In this document: piece by piece, positions 50,036 through 61,900 of the stretch
How the letters are laid out: each line of letters starts with the position of its first letter
Numbering within the stretch: the stretch's first letter is position 1
NCBI GenBank assembly: GCA_964016885.1
Contig: OZ024743.1
Coordinates: 131,068,001 to 131,132,000 of the forward strand
From: Eledone cirrhosa
Taxonomy: Eukaryota
Length of the DNA: 64,000 nt
Reading direction: 5' to 3'
The notes under the pieces: model-generated
What the model was told of the DNA's origin: nothing
Database searches by the model: none
What the model saw: the letters and a program-made list of their open reading frames with translations, nothing else
Made by a program: the position numbers and the translations under genes

Positions 50036-53000
50036 TTGGTGCTTGGTGTTTGGTGTTTGGTGCTTGGTGCTTGGTGTTTGTTGCTTGGTACTTGGTGCAT
50101 GGTGTTTGGTGCTGGGTGCTTGGTGTTTTGTGCTTGGTTCTTGGTGTTTGGTGTTTGGTGCTTGGTACTTGGTGTCTGGAGCTTGGTGTTTGGTGTTTGG
50201 TGCTTGGTGTTTGGTGCTTGGTGCTTGGTGTTTGGTGTTTGGTGTTTGATGCTTGGTGTTTTATGCTTGGTGCTTGGTGTTTGGTGCTTGGTGTTTGTAT
50301 TTGGTGCTTGGTGCTTGGTGTTTTGTGCTTGGTTCTTGGTGTTTGGTGTTTGGTGCTTGGTACTTGGTGCTTGGTGTTAGGTGTTTGGTGCTTGGTGCTT
50401 GGTGTTTGGTGTTTGGTCCTTGGTGCTTGGTCCTTGGTGTTTAGTGCTTGGTGCTTGGTGTTTGGTGTTTGGTGCTTGGTGCTTTGTGTTTGGTGCTTGG
50501 TGATTAGTGTTTGGTGCTTGGTACTTGGTGTTTGGTGCTTGGTGTTTGGTGTTTGCTGTTTGGTGTTTGGTGTTTGGTGTTTGCTGTTTGGTGTCTGCTT
50601 TTTGGTGTTTGGTGTTTGCTGTATGGTGTTTGCTGTTTCGTGTTTGGTGTTTGCTGTTTGGTGTTTGGTGTTTGCTGTTTGGTGTTTGGTCTTTGGTGCT
50701 TGGTGTTTGGTGCTTGGTGTTCGGTGCTTGCTGCCTGGTGCTTGGTGCTTGGTGCTTGGTGTTTGGTGCTAGGTGTTTGGTGCTTGGTATTAGGTGTTTG
50801 GTGCTTGGTGCTTGGTGTTTGGTGTTTGGTGCTTGGTGTTTGGTGCTTGGTGTTTGGTGTTTGGTGCTTGGTGTTTGGTGCTTGGTACTTGGTGCTTGGT
50901 GCTTGGTGTTAGGTGTTTGGTGCTTGGTGTTTGGTGTTTGGTTTTTGGTGCTTGGTGCTTGGTGTTTGGTGTTTGGTGCTTGCTGCTGGCTGCTTGGTGT
51001 TTGGTGCTTGGTGATTGGTGCTTGGTGTTTGGTGCTTGGTGTTTGGTGTTTGGTACTAGGTGCTTGGTGCTTGGTGTTTGGTGCTTGGTGCTTGGTGTTT
51101 GGTGTTTGGTGCTTGGTGCTTGGTGTTTGGTGCTTGGTGCTGGGTTCTGGGTGGTTGGTGTTTGGTGCTTGGTGTTTGGTGCTGGGTGCTTGGTGTTTGG
51201 TGCTTGGTGCTTGGTCTTTGGTGTTTGGTGTTTGGTGTTTGGGGCTTGGTGCTTGGTGCTTAGTGTTTGGTGCTAGGTGCTTGGGGTTTGGTGTTTGGTG
51301 CTTGGTGCTTGGTGTTTGGTGCTTGGTGCTTGGTGTTTGGTGTTTGGTGCTTGGTGCTTGGTGTTTGGTGTTTGGTGTTTGGTGCTTGGTGCTTGGTGTT
51401 AGGTGCTTGGTGCTGGGTGGTTGGTGTTTGGTGCTTGGTGCTTGGTGTTTCGTGCTAGGTGCATGGTGCTTGGTGTTTGGTGCTTGGTGCTTGGTGCTTG
51501 GTCTTTGGTGTTTGCTGTTTAGTGCTTGGTGCTTGGTGCTTGGTGCTTGGTGCTTGGTCCTTGGTGTTTGGTGCTTGGTGCTTGGTGTTTGGTGTTTGGT
51601 GCTTGGTGCTTGGTGCTTCGTGTTTGGTGTTTGGTGCTTGGTGTCTGGAGCTTGGTGTTTGGTGTTTGGTGCCTGGTGTTTGGTGTTTGGTGCTTGGTGC
51701 TTGGTGTTTGGTGCTTGGTGCTTGGTGTTTGTACTTGGTGCTTGGTGCTTGGTGTTTGGTGCTTGGTTCTTGGTGTTTGGTGCTTGGTGTTTGGAGCTTG
51801 GTGCTTGGTGTTTGGTGCTTGGTGCTTGGTGTTTGTACTTGGTGCTTGGTGCTTGGTGTTTGGTGCTTGGTTCTTGGTGTTTGGTGCTTGGTGTTTGGAG
51901 CTTGGTGCTTGGTGTTTGGTGCTTGGTGCTTGGTGTTTGGTGTTTGGTGCTTGGTGCTTGGTGTTTGGTGTTTGGTGCTTGGTGTTTGGTGTTTGGTGCT
52001 TGGTGCTTGGTGTTTGTTGCTTGGTACTTGGTGCATGGTGTTTGGTGCTGGGTGCTTGGTGTTTTGTGCTTGGTTCTTGGTGTTTGGTGTTTGGTGCTTG
52101 GTACTTGGTGTCTGGAGCTGGGTGTTTGGTGTTTGGTGCTTGGTGTTTGGTGCTTGGTGCTTGGTGTTTGGTGTTTGGTGTTTGATGCTTGGTGTTTTAT
52201 GCTTGGTGCTTGGTGTTTGGTGCTTGGTGTTTGTATTTGGTGCTTGGTGCTTGGTGTTTTGTGCTTGGTTCTTGGTGTTTGGTGTTTGGTGCTTGGTACT
52301 TGGTGCTTGGTGTTAGGTGTTTGGTGCTTGGTGCTTGGTCCTTGGTGTTTAGTGCTTGGTGCTTGGTGTTTGTTGTTTGGTGCTTTCTGTTTGCTGCTTG
52401 GTGTTTGCTGCTTGGTGCTTGGTGCTTGGTGTTTGGTGTTTGGTGCTAGGTGCTTGGTGTTTGGTGTTTGGTGTTTGATGCTTGGTGTTTGGTGCTTGGT
52501 GTTTGGTGCTTGGTGCCTGGGGCTTGGTGTTTGGTGCTTGGTGCTTGGTGCTTGGTGTTTGGTGCTTGCTGCTTGGTGTTTGGTGTTTGGTGTTTGGTGC
52601 TTGGTGCTTGGTGTTTGGTGCTTGGTGCTTGGTGCTGGGTGGTTGGTATTTGGTGCTTGGTGCTTGGTGTTTGGTGCTTGGTGCTTGGTGCTTGGTGTTT
52701 GGTGCTTGGTGCTTGGTGCTTGGTCTTTGGTGCTTGGTGTTTGGTGTTTGGTGCTTGGTGCTTTGTGTTTGGTGCTTGGTGATTAGTGTTTGGTGCTTGG
52801 TACTTGGTGTTTGGTGCTTGGTGTTTGGTGTTTGGTGTTTGGTGTTTGGTGTTTGGTGTTTGCTGTTTGGTGTCTGCTTTTTGGTGTTTGGTGTTTGCTG
52901 TATGGTGTTTGCTGTTTCGTGTTTGGTGTTTGCTGTTTGGTGTTTGGTGTTTGCTGTTTGGTGTTTGGTCTTTGGTGCTTGGTGTTTGGTGCTTGGTGCT

Positions 53001-56000
53001 TGGTGTTTGGTGTTTGGTGCTTGGTGCTTGGTGCTTGGTGTTTGGTGCTTGGTGTCTGGTGCTTGGTGTCTGGTGCTTGGTGTTTGGTGTTTGGTGTTTG
53101 GTGCTTGGTGTTTGGTGTTTGGTGTTTGGTGTTTGGTGCTTGTTGCTTGGTGCTTGGTGCTTGGTGTTTGGTGCTTGGTGCTTGGTGTTTGGTGCTGGGT
53201 GCTTGGTGTTTGGTGCTTGGTGCTTGGTGCTTGGTGTTTGGTGTTTGGTGCTTGGTGCTTGGTGTTTGGTGTTTGGTGTTATATGCTTGGTGTTTGATGC
53301 TTGGTGCTTGGTGCTTGGTGTTTGGTGTTTGGTGATTGGTGTTTTATGCTTGGTGTTTGATGTTTGGTGCTTGGTGCTTGGTGTTTGGTGCTTGGTGCTT
53401 GGTGTTTGTACTTGGTGCTTGGTGCTTGGTTCTTGGTGTTTGGTGCTTGGTGCTTGGTGCTTGGTGCTTGGTGTTTGGTGCTTGGGGTTTGGTGCTTGGT
53501 GTTCGGTGCTTGCTGCCTGGTGCTTGGTGCTTGGTGCTTGGTGTTTGGTGCTTGGTGTTTGGTGCTTGGTATTAGGTGTTTGGTGCTTGGTGCTTGGTGT
53601 TTGGTGTTTGGTGCTTGGTGTTTGGTGCTTGGTGTTTGGTGTTTGGTGCTTGGTGTTTGGTGCTTGGTACTTGGTGCTTGGTGCTTGGTGTTAGGTGTTT
53701 GGTGCTTGGTGCTTGGTGTTTGGTTTTTGGTGCTTGGTGCTTGGTGTTTGGTGTTTGGTGCTTGCTGCTGGCTGCTTGGTGTTTGGTGCTTGGTGATTGG
53801 TGCTTGGTGTTTGGTGCTTGGTGTTTGGTGTTTGGTACTAGGTGCTTGGTGCTTGTTGTTTGGTGCTTGGTGCTTGGTGTTTGGTGTTTGGTGCTTGGTG
53901 CTTGGTGTTTGGTGCTTGGTGCTGGGTTCTGGGTGGTTGGTGTTTGGTGCTTGGTGTTTGGTGCTGGGTGCTTGGTGTTTGGTGCTTGGTGCTTGGTCTT
54001 TGGTGTTTGGTGTTTGGTGTTTGGGGCTTGGTGCTTGGTGCTTAGTGTTTGGTGCTAGGTGCTTGGGGTTTGGTGTTTGGTGCTTGGTGCTTGGTGTTTG
54101 GTGCTTGGTGCTTGGTGTTTGGTGTTTGGTGCTTGGTGCTTGGGGTTTGGTGTTTCCTGTTTGCTGTTTGGTGTTTGGTGTTTGGTGTTTGCTGTTTGGT
54201 GTCTGCTTTTTGGGGTTTGGTGTTTGCTGTATGTTATTTGCTGTTTGGTGTTTGGTGTTTGGTGTTTGGTGCTTGGTGCTTGGTGTTTGGTGCTTGGTGC
54301 TTGGTGTTTGGTGCCTGGTGCTTGGGGCTTGGTGTTTGGTGTTTGGTGCTTGGTGCTTGGAGTTTGGTGTTTGGTGCTTGGTGCTTGGTGTTTGGTGCTT
54401 GGTGCTTGGTGTTTGCTGTTTGGTGTTTGGTCTTTGGTGCATGGTGTTTGGTGTTTGGTGCTTGGTGCTTGGTGCTTGGTGCTTGGTGTTTGGTGTTTGG
54501 TGCTTGGTGCTTGGTGTTTGTTGCTTGGTACTTGGTGCATGGTGTTTGGTGCTGGGTGCTTGGTGTTTTGTGCTTGGTTCTTGGTGTTTGGTGTTTGGTG
54601 CTTGGTACTTGGTGTCTGGAGCTTGGTGTTTGGTGTTTGGTGCTTGGTGTTTGGTGCTTGGTGCTTGGTGTTTGGTGTTTGGTGTTTGATGCTTGGTGTT
54701 TTATGCTTGGTGCTTGGTGTTTGGTGCTTGGTGTTTGTATTTGGTGCTTGGTGCTTGGTGTTTTGTGCTTGGTTCTTGGTGTTTGGTGTTTGGTGCTTGG
54801 TACTTGGTGCTTGGTGTTAGGTGTTTGGTGCTTGGTGCTTGGTGTTTGGTGTTTGGTCCTTGGTGCTTGGTCCTTGGTGTTTAGTGCTTGGTGCTTGGTG
54901 TTTGGTGTTTGGTGCTTGGTGCTTTGTGTTTGGTGCTTGGTGATTAGTGTTTGGTGCTTGGTACTTGGTGTTTGGTGCTTGGTGTTTGGTGTTTGCTGTT
55001 TGGTGTTTGGTGTTTGGTGTTTGCTGTTTGGTGTCTGCTTTTTGGTGTTTGGTGTTTGCTGTATGGTGTTTGCTGTTTCGTGTTTGGTGTTTGCTGTTTG
55101 GTGTTTGGTGTTTGCTGTTTGGTGTTTGGTCTTTGGTGCTTGGTGTTTGGTGCTTGGTGTTCGGTGCTTGCTGCCTGGTGCTTGGTGCTTGGTGCTTGGT
55201 GTTTGGTGCTAGGTGTTTGGTGCTTGGTATTAGGTGTTTGGTGCTTGGTGCTTGGTGTTTGGTGTTTGGTGCTTGGTGTTTGGTGCTTGGTGTTTGGTGT
55301 TTGGTGCTTGGTGTTTGGTGCTTGGTACTTGGTGCTTGGTGCTTGGTGTTAGGTGTTTGGTGCTTGGTGTTTGGTGTTTGGTTTTTGGTGCTTGGTGCTT
55401 GGTGTTTGGTGTTTGGTGCTTGCTGCTGGCTGCTTGGTGTTTGGTGCTTGGTGATTGGTGCTTGGTGTTTGGTGCTTGGTGTTTGGTGTTTGGTACTAGG
55501 TGCTTGGTGCTTGGTGTTTGGTGCTTGGTGCTTGGTGTTTGGTGTTTGGTGCTTGGTGCTTGGTGTTTGGTGCTTGGTGCTGGGTTCTGGGTGGTTGGTG
55601 TTTGGTGCTTGGTGTTTGGTGCTGGGTGCTTGGTGTTTGGTGCTTGGTGCTTGGTCTTTGGTGTTTGGTGTTTGGTGTTTGGGGCTTGGTGCTTGGTGCT
55701 TAGTGTTTGGTGCTAGGTGCTTGGGGTTTGGTGTTTGGTGCTTGGTGCTTGGTGTTTGGTGCTTGGTGCTTGGTGTTTGGTGTTTGGTGCTTGGTGCTTG
55801 GTGTTTGGTGTTTGGTGTTTGGTGCTTGGTGCTTGGTGTTAGGTGCTTGGTGCTGGGTGGTTGGTGTTTGGTGCTTGGTGCTTGGTGTTTCGTGCTAGGT
55901 GCATGGTGCTTGGTGTTTGGTGCTTGGTGCTTGGTGCTTGGTCTTTGGTGTTTGCTGTTTAGTGCTTGGTGCTTGGTGCTTGGTGCTTGGTGCTTGGTCC

Positions 56001-58921
56001 TTGGTGTTTGGTGCTTGGTGCTTGGTGTTTGGTGTTTGGTGCTTGGTGCTTGGTGCTTCGTGTTTGGTGTTTGGTGCTTGGTGTCTGGAGCTTGGTGTTT
56101 GGTGTTTGGTGCTTGGTGTTTGGTGTTTGGTGCTTGGTGCTTGGTGTTTGGTGCTTGGTGCTTGGTGTTTGTACTTGGTGCTTGGTGCTTGGTGTTTGGT
56201 GCTTGGTTCTTGGTGTTTGGTGCTTGGTGTTTGGAGCTTGGTGCTTGGTGTTTGGTGCTTGGTGCTTGGTGTTTGTACTTGGTGCTTGGTGCTTGGTGTT
56301 TGGTGCTTGGTTCTTGGTGTTTGGTGCTTGGTGTTTGGAGCTTGGTGCTTGGTGTTTGGTGCTTGGTGCTTGGTGTTTGGTGTTTGGTGCTTGGTGCTTG
56401 GTGTTTGGTGTTTGGTGCTTGGTGTTTGGTGTTTGGTGCTTGGTGCTTGGTGTTTGTTGCTTGGTACTTGGTGCATGGTGTTTGGTGCTGGGTGCTTGGT
56501 GTTTTGTGCTTGGTTCTTGGTGTTTGGTGTTTGGTGCTTGGTACTTGGTGTCTGGAGCTGGGTGTTTGGTGTTTGGTGCTTGGTGTTTGGTGCTTGGTGC
56601 TTGGTGTTTGGTGTTTGGTGTTTGATGCTTGGTGTTTTATGCTTGGTGCTTGGTGTTTGGTGCTTGGTGTTTGTATTTGGTGCTTGGTGCTTGGTGTTTT
56701 GTGCTTGGTTCTTGGTGTTTGGTGTTTGGTGCTTGGTACTTGGTGCTTGGTGTTAGGTGTTTGGTGCTTGGTGCTTGGTCCTTGGTGTTTAGTGCTTGGT
56801 GCTTGGTGTTTGTTGTTTGGTGCTTTCTGTTTGCTGCTTGGTGTTTGCTGCTTGGTGCTTGGTGCTTGGTGTTTGGTGTTTGGTGCTAGGTGCTTGGTGT
56901 TTGGTGTTTGGTGTTTGATGCTTGGTGTTTGGTGCTTGGTGTTTGGTGCTTGGTGCCTGGGGCTTGGTGTTTGGTGCTTGGTGCTTGGTGCTTGGTGTTT
57001 GGTGCTTGCTGCTTGGTGTTTGGTGTTTGGTGTTTGGTGCTTGGTGCTTGGTGTTTGGTGCTTGGTGCTTGGTGCTGGGTGGTTGGTATTTGGTGCTTGG
57101 TGCTTGGTGTTTGGTGCTTGGTGCTTGGTGCTTGGTGTTTGGTGCTTGGTGCTTGGTGCTTGGTCTTTGGTGCTTGGTGTTTGGTGTTTGGTGCTTGGTG
57201 CTTTGTGTTTGGTGCTTGGTGATTAGTGTTTGGTGCTTGGTACTTGGTGTTTGGTGCTTGGTGTTTGGTGTTTGGTGTTTGGTGTTTGGTGTTTGGTGTT
57301 TGCTGTTTGGTGTCTGCTTTTTGGTGTTTGGTGTTTGCTGTATGGTGTTTGCTGTTTCGTGTTTGGTGTTTGCTGTTTGGTGTTTGGTGTTTGCTGTTTG
57401 GTGTTTGGTCTTTGGTGCTTGGTGTTTGGTGCTTGGTGCTTGGTGTTTGGTGTTTGGTGCTTGGTGCTTGGTGCTTGGTGTTTGGTGCTTGGTGTCTGGT
57501 GCTTGGTGTCTGGTGCTTGGTGTTTGGTGTTTGGTGTTTGGTGCTTGGTGTTTGGTGTTTGGTGTTTGGTGTTTGGTGCTTGTTGCTTGGTGCTTGGTGC
57601 TTGGTGTTTGGTGCTTGGTGCTTGGTGTTTGGTGCTGGGTGCTTGGTGTTTGGTGCTTGGTGCTTGGTGCTTGGTGTTTGGTGTTTGGTGCTTGGTGCTT
57701 GGTGTTTGGTGTTTGGTGTTATATGCTTGGTGTTTGATGCTTGGTGCTTGGTGCTTGGTGTTTGGTGTTTGGTGATTGGTGTTTTATGCTTGGTGTTTGA
57801 TGTTTGGTGCTTGGTGCTTGGTGTTTGGTGCTTGGTGCTTGGTGTTTGTACTTGGTGCTTGGTGCTTGGTTCTTGGTGTTTGGTGCTTGGTGCTTGGTGC
57901 TTGGTGCTTGGTGTTTGGTGCTTGGGGTTTGGTGCTTGGTGTTCGGTGCTTGCTGCCTGGTGCTTGGTGCTTGGTGCTTGGTGTTTGGTGCTTGGTGTTT
58001 GGTGCTTGGTATTAGGTGTTTGGTGCTTGGTGCTTGGTGTTTGGTGTTTGGTGCTTGGTGTTTGGTGCTTGGTGTTTGGTGTTTGGTGCTTGGTGTTTGG
58101 TGCTTGGTACTTGGTGCTTGGTGCTTGGTGTTAGGTGTTTGGTGCTTGGTGCTTGGTGTTTGGTTTTTGGTGCTTGGTGCTTGGTGTTTGGTGTTTGGTG
58201 CTTGCTGCTGGCTGCTTGGTGTTTGGTGCTTGGTGATTGGTGCTTGGTGTTTGGTGCTTGGTGTTTGGTGTTTGGTACTAGGTGCTTGGTGCTTGTTGTT
58301 TGGTGCTTGGTGCTTGGTGTTTGGTGTTTGGTGCTTGGTGCTTGGTGTTTGGTGCTTGGTGCTGGGTTCTGGGTGGTTGGTGTTTGGTGCTTGGTGTTTG
58401 GTGCTGGGTGCTTGGTGTTTGGTGCTTGGTGCTTGGTCTTTGGTGTTTGGTGTTTGGTGTTTGGGGCTTGGTGCTTGGTGCTTAGTGTTTGGTGCTAGGT
58501 GCTTGGGGTTTGGTGTTTGGTGCTTGGTGCTTGGTGTTTGGTGCTTGGTGCTTGGTGTTTGGTGTTTGGTGCTTGGTGCTTGGGGTTTGGTGTTTCCTGT
58601 TTGCTGTTTGGTGTTTGGTGTTTGGTGTTTGCTGTTTGGTGTCTGCTTTTTGGGGTTTGGTGTTTGCTGTATGTTATTTGCTGTTTGGTGTTTGGTGTTT
58701 GGTGTTTGGTGCTTGGTGCTTGGTGTTTGGTGCTTGGTGCTTGGTGTTTGGTGCCTGGTGCTTGGGGCTTGGTGTTTGGTGTTTGGTGCTTGGTGCTTGG
58801 AGTTTGGTGTTTGGTGCTTGGTGCTTGGTGTTTGGTGCTTGGTGCTTGGTGTTTGCTGTTTGGTGTTTGGTCTTTGGTGCATGGTGTTTGGTGTTTGGTG
58901 CTTGGTGCTTGGTGCTTGGTG
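50036..58921 (+). repeat. Near-perfect higher-order tandem duplication, period 4440 bp
   Basis: Printed lines match 74 lines apart (e.g. 50041/54481, 54421/58861). ORFs 50507..52786 and 54947..57226 translate identically. I noticed only one mismatch (C51673 vs T56113). Confidence 0.96.
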
Positions 58922-61900
58922 TTTGGTGTTTGGTGTTTGGTGCTTGGTGCCTGGTGCTTGTAGTTTGGTGATTGGTGCTTGGTGTTTGCTGTTTGGTGTT
59001 TGGTGTTTGGTGTTTGCTGTTTGGTGTTTGGTGCTTGGTGCTTGGTGCTTGGTGTTTGGTTCTTGGTGCTTGGTGTTTGGTGTTTGGTGCTTGGTGTTTG
59101 GTGCTTGGTGCCTGGTGCTTGTTGTTTGGTGCTTGGTGTTTGGTGTTTGGTGTTTGGTGCTTGGTGTTTGGTGCTTGGTGTTTGGTGTTTGGTGCTTGGT
59201 GCTTGGTGTTTGGTGTTTGATGCTTGGTGCTTGGTGCTTGGTGTTTGGTGTTTGCTGCTTGGTGTCTGGTGCTTGGTGCTGGGTGCTTGGTGTTTGGTGC
59301 TTGGTGTTTGGTGCTTGGTGCTTGGTGCTTGGTGTTAGGTGTTTGGTGCTTGGTGTTTGGTGTTTGGTGCTTCATGCTTGGTGTTTGGTGTTTGGTGCTT
59401 GGTGCTTGGTGTTTGGTGCTTGGTGCCTGGTGCATGGTGTTTGGTGCTTGATGCTTGGTGATTGGTGTTTGCTGTTAGGTGTTTGGTGCTTGGTGCTTGG
59501 TGTTTGGTGCTTGGTGCTTGGTGTTTGGTGCTAGGTGCGTGGTGCTTGGTGCTTGGTGTTTGGTGCTTGGTGTTTGGTGCTTGGCACTTGGGGCTTGGTG
59601 TTTGGTGCTTGGTGCTTGGTGCTTGGTGTTTGGTGCTTGGTGCTTGGTGTTTGGTGTTTGGTGCTTGGTGTTTGGTGCTTGGTGCTTGGTGCTGGGTGAT
59701 TGGTGTTTGGTGCTTGGTGCTTGGTGTTTGGTGTTTGGTGCTTGGTGCTTGGTGCTTGGTGTTTGGTGCTTGGTGCTTGGTGCTTGGTCTTTGGTGCTTG
59801 GTGTTTGGTGTTTGGTGCTTGGTGCTTGGTGTTTGGTGCTTGGTGCTTGGTGATTAGTGTTTGGTGCTTGCTGCTTGGGGCTTGGTGTTTGGTGCTTGGT
59901 GCTTGGTGTTTGGTGCTTGGTGCTTGGTGTTTGGTGCTTTTTGTTTGGTTTTTGCTGTTTGGTGTTTGGTGTTTGCTGTTTGCTGTTTGCTGTTTGCTTT
60001 TTGGTGTTTGGTGTTTGCTGTATGGTGTTTGCTGTTTCGTGTTTATTGTTTGCTGTTTGGTGTTTGGTGTTTGGTGTTTGCTGTTTCCTGTTTGGTCTTT
60101 AGTCTTTGGTGCTTGGTGTTTGGTGCTTGGTGCTTGGTGTTTGGTATTTGGTGCTTGGTGTTTGGTGCTTGGTGCTTGGTGTTTGGTATTTGGGGCTTGG
60201 TGATTGGTGCTTGGTGCTTGGTGTTTGGTGTTTGGTGCTTGGGGCTTGGTGTTTGGTGCTGCATGCTTGGTGATTGGTGCTTGGTGCTTGGTGTTTTGTG
60301 TTTGCTGTTTGATGCTTGGTGTTTGGTGTTTGGTGCTTGGTGCTTGGTGTTTGGTGTTTGATGCTTGGTGCTTGATGCTTGGTGCTTGGTGCTTGGTGTT
60401 TGGTGCTTGGTGCTTGGTGTTTGTACTTGTTGCTTGGTGCTTGGTGTTTGGTGCTTGGTTTTTGGTGCTTGGTGTTTGGTGTTTGCTGTTTGCTGTTTGG
60501 TGCTTGGTGTTTGCTGTTTGGTGTTTGTTGTTTGGTGTTTGCTGTTTGGTGTTTGCTGTTTGGTGTTTGGTGCTTGCTGTTTGGTGCTTGGTGTTTGGTG
60601 CTTGGTGCTTAGTGTTTGGTGTTTGGTGTTTGGTGCTTGGTGCTTGGGGCTTGGTGCTTGGTGCTTGGTGCATGGTGCTTGGTGCTTGGTGTTTGTCGCT
60701 TGGTGCTTGGTGCTTGGTGTTTGGTGCTTGGTGTTTGGTGTTTGGTGCTTGGTGTTTGGTGTTTGGTGTTTGGTGTTTGGTGTTTGGTGTTTGGTGTTTG
60801 CTGTTTGCTGTTTGGTGTCTGCTTTTTGGTGTTTGGTGTTTTCTGTATGGTGTTTGCTGTTTCGTGTTTGGTGTTTGCTGTTTGGTGTTTGCGGTTTGCT
60901 GTTTGGTGTTTGGTGCTTGGTGCTTGGTGCTTGGTGTTTGGTGTTTGGTGCTTGGTGTTTGGTGTTTGGTTCTTGGTGCTTGGATTTTGGTGCTTGGTGC
61001 CTGGTGCTTGGTGTTTGGTGTTTGATGCTTGGTGCTTGATGCTTGGTGCTTGGTGTTTGGTGCTTGGTGCTTGGTGTTTGTACTTGTTACTTGGTGCTTG
61101 GTGTCTGGTGTTTGGTGCTTGGTGTCTGGTGTTTTGTGCTTGGTGTTTGGTGTTGGTGCTTGGTGCTTGGTGTTTGTACTTGGTGCTTGGTGCTTGGTGT
61201 TTGGTGCTTGTTTCTTGGTGTTTGGTGCTTGGTGTTTGGTGCTTGGTGCTTGGTGTTTGGTGCTTGGTGCTTGGTGCTTGGTGCTTGGTGTTAGGTGTTT
61301 GGTGCTTGGTGCTTGGTGTTTGGTGTTTGGTTCTTGGTGCTTGGTATTTGGTGCTTGGTGCTTGCTGCTTGGTGTTTGGTGCTTGGTGATTGATGCTTGG
61401 TGTTTGGTGCTTGGTGCTTGGTGTTTGGTTTTTGGTGCTACGTGCTTGGTGCTTGGTGTTTGGTGCTTGGTGTTTGGTGTTTGGTGCTTGGTGCTTGGTG
61501 TTTGCTACTTGGTGCTTGGTGCTTGGTGTTTGGTGCTTGGTGCTTGGTGTTTGGTGTTTGGTGTTTGGTGCTTGGTGCTTGGTGTTTGGTGCTGGGTGCT
61601 TGGTGCTGGGTGGTTGGTGTTTGGTGCTTGGTGCTTGGTGTTTGGTGCTAGGTGCATGGTGCTTGGTGTTTGGTGCTTGGTGCTTGGTGCTTGGTCTTTG
61701 GTGTTTGGTGTTTAGTGCTTGGTGCTTGGTGCTTGGTGCTTGGTGCTTGGTCCTTGGTGTTTGGTGCTTGGTGCTTGGTGTTTGGTGTTTGGTGCTTGGT
61801 GCTTGGTGCTTCGTGTTTGGTGTTTGGTGCTTGGTATCTGGAGCTTGGTGTTTGGTGTTTGGTGCTTGGTGTTCGGTGTTTGGTGCTTGGTGCTTGGTGT

